From Candidatus Shapirobacteria bacterium CG_4_10_14_0_8_um_filter_39_15 (GTDB lineage Bacteria > Patescibacteriota > Microgenomatia > UM-FILTER-39-15): a DNA stretch of 64,000 bases. The first letter of the stretch is position 1. Every line of letters begins with the position of its first letter. A program made the position numbers and the translations under genes. The DNA lies in assembly GCA_002784465.1 (NCBI GenBank), contig PFLE01000013.1:10972-74971 (forward strand), in the 5' to 3' direction. The notes under the pieces are model-generated. The model did no database searches and was not told the origin of the DNA. It saw only the letters and a program-made list of their open reading frames with translations. Below are positions 57,599 through 64,000 of the stretch, piece after piece.

Positions 57599-59431
57599 AT
57601 GAAAAATTTTACTGTCCGAATATCCAAACTGGTTGGTCCGCCAACCGTTTCCTCCTGGTCGCAAATTCATGATTTTTTTCCTGACGATCTAGAAAAAAAA
57701 CAAAAACGGGGAATTTTTCTGGCGGTTTTAACTTTTTCCGGGGTGGAACAAGGAATTGACGCTGTCAGTTACGGCCGGGAAATTCTGTCTCGAATTCATG
57801 AAGAATATTATGGAGAGATCGAGACCTCGGCGATGGAAAAACTGGTTACCTCGGTAAAAAAAGTTGCGGCGGAGTTTGACGGGAGCGAACATCATCTGGA
57901 AATAATTGCTGGTGCATTGGTGGAAAACGCTCTATATTTGGCAATTTCCGGTTTGGGGGAAGTTTTAGTGAAAAGGAACGGTCAATTACAGAAGATTCTG
58001 GTTGGGACTAGTGAAAAAACCGAAAGCGCCAGCGGTTTTGTTCTACCCGGGGATTTAGTGGTTTTCGGAACCGAAGCATTGGCTAAAAATTTGGCCGACG
58101 GCGTATTAAAAGCCGCCTTGGATAATGAAACACCCGAGGAAATAACCGAGGTTTTAGCACCGTTGACAATCGGCAAAGAAGAAAATGCCCAAATCGCCTG
58201 TTTGGTTTTTCGGGTTTCGGAAATACCAGAATCAGTTTCAGAACCGCCGCCGGCAAAAAAAGCGAAATTTAAAATCAGCGTTCCGAAAATTAATTTAAGG
58301 CGTTTTACGATTAAGGTTTCTTCGGAATCCACAAAAGGCCGGCGAATCGCCTTCAGCATTGCCTTGGTATTAATTGTTTTACTGCTTACCAGCGTTTTTT
58401 TTGGGATTACCAAAAGAGGCCAAACGGAAAAAACCAAAATTTACACCGACTTGTCCGTTCAAATTGACCAAAAAATCAATGACGGGCAAGCTTTAGTGAC
58501 ATTAAATCCGAGCAAAGCCAAAGAACTTTTTCTTTCGGCTCAACAACAGCTCGATCAATTGAAAAACCTCAAAATTAATATTCCGGAAACCCAGCAATTG
58601 ACCGCTAAAGTTGAAGACGCTTTGGGATTGGTCGTTAAGGAATACAGCTTAAGCGAGGCGCCGCTTTTTTTTGATCTGGGTTTAATTAAAGATAAAGCCA
58701 GCGGCAACCAATTGTTTCTTTTGGGTAAAAAATTAGTCGTTTTTGATAAAGCCGCCAATAATATCTATACGATTGATATCGATCAGAAATCGGCTAAAAT
58801 TGCCGCGGGCAAGGATTTACCGGTCAACTCCCGGTTGATTGCCGGCGATAGTAATTTTGTTTTTACCTTAGGAGACGAAGGGATTTTTAAAACCGATCTT
58901 TCGAACCAAACGACCAGTCAAATGATTAAAACCGATTCCGAATGGGGGCAAATTAAAGCGCTCGGTGATTTTGGCGGCAATCTTTATTTATTTGATCCGT
59001 TAAAAAAGAGCATTTGGCGCTATCAAAGTTTGGAAACCGGTTTTTCTACCAAACAAACCTGGTTTAAATCAACCACTCTGCCTGATTTTGCCGGCGCCGT
59101 TTCCATGGCGGTTGACGGCTCAATCTGGTTATTGGATCAAAATGGTAAAATTTATAAATTCACCGGCGGGGTCCAGGAAAGTTTTAGCTTAAAAGGCTTG
59201 GATAAGCCATTACTATTACCGGCAGTGATTTATACTGATTCAGACCAAACTAATGTCTATATTTTGGATAAAGGCAATAATCGGATCTTGGTATCCAGCA
59301 AATCAGGTGATTACCAAGGCCAATATATTTGGGAGGGATTATCGGGAATTACCGATTTTGTCGTGACGGAAACGGACAAAAAAATCTTTTTACTGCAAGA
59401 GAATAAAATTTTAACAATTGAGTTAAAGTAA
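57599..59431 (+). CDS. Degenerate PP2C-like N-terminus, TM, and extracellular beta-propeller
   Basis: ASG....GD.VVFGT; central TM; repeats GNLYLFD, MAVDGSIW, VYILDKGNNRI. Confidence 0.6.
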   Translation: MKNFTVRISKLVGPPTVSSWSQIHDFFPDDLEKKQKRGIFLAVLTFSGVEQGIDAVSYGREILSRIHEEYYGEIETSAMEKLVTSVKKVAAEFDGSEHHLEIIAGALVENALYLAISGLGEVLVKRNGQLQKILVGTSEKTESASGFVLPGDLVVFGTEALAKNLADGVLKAALDNETPEEITEVLAPLTIGKEENAQIACLVFRVSEIPESVSEPPPAKKAKFKISVPKINLRRFTIKVSSESTKGRRIAFSIALVLIVLLLTSVFFGITKRGQTEKTKIYTDLSVQIDQKINDGQALVTLNPSKAKELFLSAQQQLDQLKNLKINIPETQQLTAKVEDALGLVVKEYSLSEAPLFFDLGLIKDKASGNQLFLLGKKLVVFDKAANNIYTIDIDQKSAKIAAGKDLPVNSRLIAGDSNFVFTLGDEGIFKTDLSNQTTSQMIKTDSEWGQIKALGDFGGNLYLFDPLKKSIWRYQSLETGFSTKQTWFKSTTLPDFAGAVSMAVDGSIWLLDQNGKIYKFTGGVQESFSLKGLDKPLLLPAVIYTDSDQTNVYILDKGNNRILVSSKSGDYQGQYIWEGLSGITDFVVTETDKKIFLLQENKILTIELK

Positions 59432-59552
59432 AACAGTAAATCAGAAGATCTGGTAAAGCAAATCCGAGAGCAGAATATCAGTAAGGAGAGAACAGATTTC
59501 CGATCCCTGTTCTCTTGACCCGATTTTACCGATTTACTGATATTCTTATTGA
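59428..59552. repeat. Palindromic element copy F
   Basis: cagtaaatcagaagatctggtaaagcaaatccgagagcag...ccgattttaccgatttactg; starts at the upstream stop. Confidence 0.8.
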
Positions 59553-59556
59553 TTAT

Positions 59557-59985
59557 ATGGTGATTCACAACCGCAAGGCCAAATTTGAATATGAACTATT
59601 TGATCACCTTGAAGTGGGCATAGTATTGACCGGCGGAGAGGTAAAGAGCGTTTCCGAAGGTCATGTCGGTTTGGATGATGCCTACGTCAAAGTGATTGAC
59701 GGAGAACTTTTTTTGGTTAATGCCCACATTCATCCTTACGAATTTGCGCAAGAGGCGGATCCAAAACGAAGCCGAAAACTTTTAATCCATAAAAAAGAAC
59801 TTCTGGCTTTAGAAAATAAAATGCAGCAAAAAAATTTGGACCTGGTGCCAATAAGTTTATATTTCCATGGTCACAAGGTAAAACTGGAAATTGCCCTCGC
59901 TAAAGGAAAGAAAGAATTTGAGAAAAAAGAAAGCGTTAAAAAGAGGGATATTGAAAGAAGAATGGAAGAGGAAATAAAAGAATAA
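59557..59985 (+). CDS. smpB: SsrA-binding protein SmpB (start moved to ATG 59557)
   Basis: NRKAKFEY, GIVLTGGEVKS, RSRKLL.HKKE, AKGKK. Confidence 0.95.
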   Translation: MVIHNRKAKFEYELFDHLEVGIVLTGGEVKSVSEGHVGLDDAYVKVIDGELFLVNAHIHPYEFAQEADPKRSRKLLIHKKELLALENKMQQKNLDLVPISLYFHGHKVKLEIALAKGKKEFEKKESVKKRDIERRMEEEIKE

Positions 59986-60028
59986 TCGAAAACACTTTGC
60001 TTCTACTAAGGAAGAAACCAAACTTTGG

Positions 60029-60606
60029 GTGGATCAAGCGGAAGATGATTATAAAACTGCGAAAGCAATGTTCAGAACCCATCGTTGGGGATACACCTGT
60101 TTTTGTTCTCAACAAGCCTTGGAAAAGATTTTTAAGGGAGCAATAATTGAATTAGTTAACAAAAGACCACCGAGATCACACGATTTGGTGAAACTCGCCA
60201 AAGAATCGTCGCTGGAATTACTAAAATCAGATTTTGAAATATTAGACGAAATTACTCAACATTATTTTAGAGTCCGTTATCCGGATGTTTATAAAAAAAT
60301 ATATTCAAACGAGAAAGTTGCGAAAACAACCTTTGAACAAACAGAAAAGTAATTGTTTTTGGTTCTTATGCAAAGGGAATTGCGAAAAGAGAGAGTGATA
60401 TTGATTTTTTAGTTGTTTCAGAAGACTTTAAAAGAAAATCATTTGATAAAAGATACTCTTTATTGATGAAGGCGCGGCTTCATCCTGAAATGATGAAAAT
60501 TGCGATTGATTCGTTTGGCATTACTCCTAAAGAATATGAGAATGCCAGTACTCTTACAACTTTAGGAGAGGCAAAAGAAACCGGCATTACTGTTTATTCT
60601 GCATAA
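60029..60606 (+). pseudogene. HEPN + MNT pair fused by a deletion
   Basis: HEPN QQALEK..K, HDL, RYP stops at 60352; a headless MNT frame from ~60349 reads VIVFGSYAKG..SDIDFLVVS...* to 60606. Confidence 0.7.
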
Positions 60607-60646
60607 TCTTGCTTTTAGGATCCTTTTTTGATATAATATTCCTCAC

Positions 60647-61009
60647 GGGGATGAATTGGTTTCGACAGATTTAGTTCTTTAAAAACTGCAAGCCGGCGAT
60701 GATCACAAGCCGTAAAACCGATCAAAAACTAAACGGCACAAGCAATTATGCCGCCAATTACGCGTACTGCTAAACCCAGTATCTTAATTGCGCTGATGGA
60801 ATCTTTTTCTGGCGAGAATTCATCGGTGTCAACAAAGCCAGAATGCTCTTTACTAGATTGATTCCCTAATAAAGAAAAGATAAAAAAATCTTTATCCTGA
60901 TTTTCCTGTTGACTGGATCAGATCGGGACGAGAATTAATTATCAACCAAGCTTGTAGATGTTTTTATTAACCAAACCTGGATCCGAGTTCAATTCTCGGC
61001 ATCTCCACC
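60647..61009 (+). ncRNA. ssrA: tmRNA
   Basis: 5' GGGGATGAA..GGTTTCGAC; 3' CCGAGTTCAATTCTCGGCATCTCCACC; tag ORF 60735-60773; near smpB. Confidence 0.9.
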
Positions 61010-61016
61010 CTTCGCT

Positions 61017-61190
61017 CTTTGTTTAACAACAAAGAGCTTCGGAGTGGCACGGCCACCCTTTATTTTTCATGGAACCTTGGGATTTATAACGAAGGGTGCC
61101 CCAAACGAAGTCTTTAGACGAAGTGGGGCAATTATAATTTCTTTTGTTTAACAACAAAGAGCTTCGGAGTGGCACGGCCACCCTTTATTT
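61017..61190. repeat. ~50-bp direct repeat with internal palindrome (61017-61067, ~61143-61190)
   Basis: tttgtttaacaacaaagagcttcggagtggcacggccaccctttatttt occurs twice. Confidence 0.85.
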
Positions 61191-61234
61191 TTGTGAAACG
61201 GGATAAACTGAGTGAAGGGTGTTACAATTTATTT

Positions 61235-61471
61235 GTGTACTACGTTTATATTCTTCAATTAAGAGATAAAACTCATTACGTTGGTTATTCCTCAAACCTT
61301 AAACAACGAATAAACGAACACATAATTGGTAACGTAAATCAAACAAAGAACCTTTTACCACTGAAATTGATCTATTATTCCGCCTTTGAACAAAAAATAA
61401 AGGCTCTTCATTTTGAAAAATATCTTAAATCTTGTTCCGGATATGCATTTAGAAACAAAAGACTCATCTGA
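61235..61471 (+). CDS. Small GIY-YIG nuclease (start GTG 61235)
   Basis: YYVYIL..HYVGYS.NLKQRI.EH, FEKYLKS. Confidence 0.85.
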   Translation: MYYVYILQLRDKTHYVGYSSNLKQRINEHIIGNVNQTKNLLPLKLIYYSAFEQKIKALHFEKYLKSCSGYAFRNKRLI

Positions 61472-61478
61472 TTTTTTG

Positions 61479-62192
61479 ATGGGAATACTTGATTTTATTT
61501 TTCCAAAGAAATGTTTAAACTGCGGGAAAACCGGAGCCTATTTTTGTTCCGAATGTTTGAATTTTACTTCTTTAGACCGGGAAAGAATTTGTCCGGTTTG
61601 CGAAAGACCGGCGATTGGGGGAGCGACTCACCCCGGTTGTTTGAAAGACCGCAGTCTCGACGGTTTTACTTCTGTTTTTAATTATAAAGGGATTATCAGA
61701 AAAGGAATTGGCAAACTAAAATATAAATTTGTTTCGGATATTGCTGGTGAATTGGTGGAATTATTTTTATCTTCTTTGGGCGAGGATGAAAATTTTACTC
61801 GATTTTGCAGACAACCAAATATTGTTTTAGTTCCGGTGCCATTACACCCCAGCCGTGAACGTTGGCGGGGTTTTAGTCAGACAAAAATGCTTGGGAATTT
61901 GATAGCCGGGAATTTAGGAATTAGTTTTCAACCTGATTTACTTATAAGAGTTAAGAATACTAAGCCTCAAGTTGGTTTAAAAGAAGACGAAAGAAAAACC
62001 AATATAAAAGATGCTTTCTCTCTGAATCCCGCATCCAGCTTCCCTGCCTCGCCGCAAGGCGGGCCACTTCTCACTTCTAACTTCTTACTTTTTGACGATG
62101 TCTGGACTTCGGGATCAACTTTAAAAGAAGCTGCCAGAACTTTGAAAAAAGCCGGAGCGGGAAAAGTTTGGGGACTGACTTTGGCAAGGTGA
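61479..62192 (+). CDS. comF: ComF family protein (double zinc ribbon + PRTase)
   Basis: FPKKC..C...FC..C, VPVPLH..R...RGF, LFDDVWTSGST. Confidence 0.85.
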   Translation: MGILDFIFPKKCLNCGKTGAYFCSECLNFTSLDRERICPVCERPAIGGATHPGCLKDRSLDGFTSVFNYKGIIRKGIGKLKYKFVSDIAGELVELFLSSLGEDENFTRFCRQPNIVLVPVPLHPSRERWRGFSQTKMLGNLIAGNLGISFQPDLLIRVKNTKPQVGLKEDERKTNIKDAFSLNPASSFPASPQGGPLLTSNFLLFDDVWTSGSTLKEAARTLKKAGAGKVWGLTLAR

Positions 62193-62226
62193 TATTGAGG
62201 CGGGAAACTGGTATAATTGGAATACT

Positions 62227-62315
62227 GGAGGGTTGGCCGAGAGGTCTATGGCGATGGGTTGCTAACCCATTGAGTTGCAAGACTCGCACAGGTTCAAATC
62301 CTGTACCCTCCGCCA
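62227..62315 (+). tRNA. tRNA-Ser(GCT)
   Basis: GGAGGGT/ACCCTCC acceptor stem, ATGGG-TT GCT AA-CCCAT, long variable arm, GGTTCAAATCC, encoded CCA. Confidence 0.95.
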
Positions 62316-62316
62316 G

Positions 62317-62403
62317 GGAAGGGTGCCGGAGTGGTCTATCGGCCCGGTCTTGAAAACCGTGGAGGACGAAAGTCCTACGCGAGTTCGAATCTCGCCCCTT
62401 CCG
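62317..62403 (+). tRNA. tRNA-Ser(TGA)
   Basis: GGAAGGG/CCCTTCC acceptor stem, CT TGA AA loop, long variable arm, GTTCGAATC; no encoded CCA. Confidence 0.95.
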
Positions 62404-62613
62404 CAGATCGTGAAGTGACAAAGTGCGCTCGCCGCGGGGGCGGGCGCGGCGAGCGCATTAAAGCCTCGCAACGGGGAAAATTCAAGGCGACGGCCGGATA
62501 AGAAGTAGTTCGAACCGACTTTTCTGGTGAAGAATAGCAATTCTTCGCCATTATTTTTTGTGCGCGCGATTTTTCTTTTTGCGTGGCAAAAAGAATTATA
62601 TCATGATTGAAGA

Positions 62614-64000
62614 TTACTGTGCGGGGTTTTCGAGAAAGAAACGCGTTATTCCCTTCTTTTGCTCGGTCATTGATATATGATTTCCTTTTGGTAAAAGGGT
62701 TCCTCCTTCTTGCTGGAGAATAATTTTACTTGGTGATAATTTTGTAATTACAGTTTTAATCAAATAACTTCCGTTATTCTCTGGTAATTCGTTTCCTGGT
62801 GTATTAAGGAATTCGCTGTATGTTTCTTTTTTAACATATGTTTTAACCGGAGTGTTAATTAGGCCTAATCCTGACTCAAATTCCAGTGGTTTCGCAAAAT
62901 ATCTTACTGTTTGATTATCAATTACCTCGATAGGGTTTACAAATTGTATGATAATCGCTACGTCTCTTTCTCCATAGACCGGCGGACTCATATTCGGATC
63001 AACTAATCTTTCTGATCCATCATCATACTTGACATATACAAGATTTTCTGTCTGGTTGCGATCAAAAACTTTCAATAAATAACCACCTTCTTGATTGTTA
63101 AAACTCCTAACAATATAGTAGTAAACACCGGTGTAAGGAGCAGTAAACTCAATTCTAGTATCTTTTTGATCTAACATCTGTCCTTGTTCGTCGTAAAGTT
63201 CAGACCTGATAAAACCTCCAGGATTAGTTGTTCTATCTTCCATCGCTACAGTCGTAAGTCTTTGTCCTTTAAATGCTTCAAAGGTATAAAATTTTCCATA
63301 ACCGTCTTTATAAGGAGTGTCGTTTTTAGTAATTCTTTCTGGTAATGGGTCGCCCATCACTTCAATTTTCGTGTATTGATTTTTGTCTATTCCCGCAATG
63401 CTTTCCGCCGCATAAACATAATCTATTATCGTGAAACCTCGACTTAACTTTTGATCAGAACTCGAGACTGATTGTATTAAACTTTCAAACTGATTAGTAA
63501 TCTGTTCGGTTGACTTTCTATACAGCGTTACAACCAATGAATTCCCTTTGTTTGTAAAAGTCGCTTGTTTAACTAGACGATTAGATTTCTGAAAATTTTC
63601 TTTTCCTTCTGTTATAACTACAGATAGGTTATTAATTTTCTTTTGTTCTGTTTTTTCTGCTGTTACGAATGGATTTTTAATCAAACGGGAAGACGAAATA
63701 GACTCTATTTCAACAAAAGAATTTTCTGCACTTACATTAGGAATAAAAAACTTTCCATAAAAATGCTGTTTTGATTGATTAGAAATTTTAGCGCTCCAGT
63801 CTGTGGGCAAGTGAAAAGAAAAACCTGTTTCTAAGGAAACATTTGGTTTGCTGGTAACTTGTTGTGCCGGTTCCTTTATAGTTGTTGGAACAGCTTCCAG
63901 TGGGATAGTTGGTTCTGTTTCCGTTGTCTGACTCGTGCCAAGTTTGGTTGAGACAGAAGTTTTATAAAAATAAAATCCAAAGCTTCCACTTACTAATAAA
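62614..64000 (-). CDS. Membrane-anchored surface protein (PsbP-like + PPC-like domains), partial; start lies beyond the window
   Basis: Frame is open to the window end (LLVSGSFGFYFYK...); FSFHLPTDW; YTFEAFKGQRL..FTAPYTGVYY. Confidence 0.6.
   Translation of the reverse strand, partial: LLVSGSFGFYFYKTSVSTKLGTSQTTETEPTIPLEAVPTTIKEPAQQVTSKPNVSLETGFSFHLPTDWSAKISNQSKQHFYGKFFIPNVSAENSFVEIESISSSRLIKNPFVTAEKTEQKKINNLSVVITEGKENFQKSNRLVKQATFTNKGNSLVVTLYRKSTEQITNQFESLIQSVSSSDQKLSRGFTIIDYVYAAESIAGIDKNQYTKIEVMGDPLPERITKNDTPYKDGYGKFYTFEAFKGQRLTTVAMEDRTTNPGGFIRSELYDEQGQMLDQKDTRIEFTAPYTGVYYYIVRSFNNQEGGYLLKVFDRNQTENLVYVKYDDGSERLVDPNMSPPVYGERDVAIIIQFVNPIEVIDNQTVRYFAKPLEFESGLGLINTPVKTYVKKETYSEFLNTPGNELPENNGSYLIKTVITKLSPSKIILQQEGGTLLPKGNHISMTEQKKGITRFFLENPAQ

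Noticed and set aside
3751-59552. CRISPR array interpretation of the recurring repeats
   Set aside because: No constant repeat with unique regularly sized spacers and no cas genes; the repeats are dispersed and palindromic.
62077-62421. ORFs overlapping the tRNA pair
   Set aside because: Translations of tRNA sequence, not proteins.

Overview
Origin region of a small-genome bacterium whose gene repertoire fits Patescibacteria/CPR (Microgenomates-like; this is an inference). It holds jag-yidC-yidD-rnpA-rpmH <> dnaA-oriC-dnaN, housekeeping genes (tsaD, valS, rplY, RNase H, smpB, tmRNA, two tRNA-Ser, comF) and isoprenoid genes (polyprenyl synthase, idi, dxr, uppS). A long minus-strand T4SS-like cluster (VirB4, PrgI, VirB6-like, M23 peptidase, eight VirB2/TrbC-like pilins, and a VirD4-like ATPase at the window start) is interrupted by plus-strand TA/defence cassettes (MNT-HEPN, AbiEi/AbiEii, three DUF4143 AAA ATPases, Fic-MerR). 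The most unusual signal is a pervasive system of short-unit (6-10 nt) degenerate repeats. They form inverted arms around three four-helix-bundle (IVS/Avd-like) genes, six ~80-125 bp empty intergenic palindromes, and in-frame insertions in at least six other genes (two 113-bp twins in tsaD). The units vary almost only at A positions on the 5' arm and T positions on the 3' arm, a DGR-like adenine-mutagenesis signature with a fixed polarity; no reverse transcriptase lies in this window. Other highlights are beta-defensin-spaced Cys domains on two pilins and a large secreted protein, and AAA-ATPase cassettes each followed by a duplicate of the upstream gene's 3' end. All calls were made by eye without database searches.
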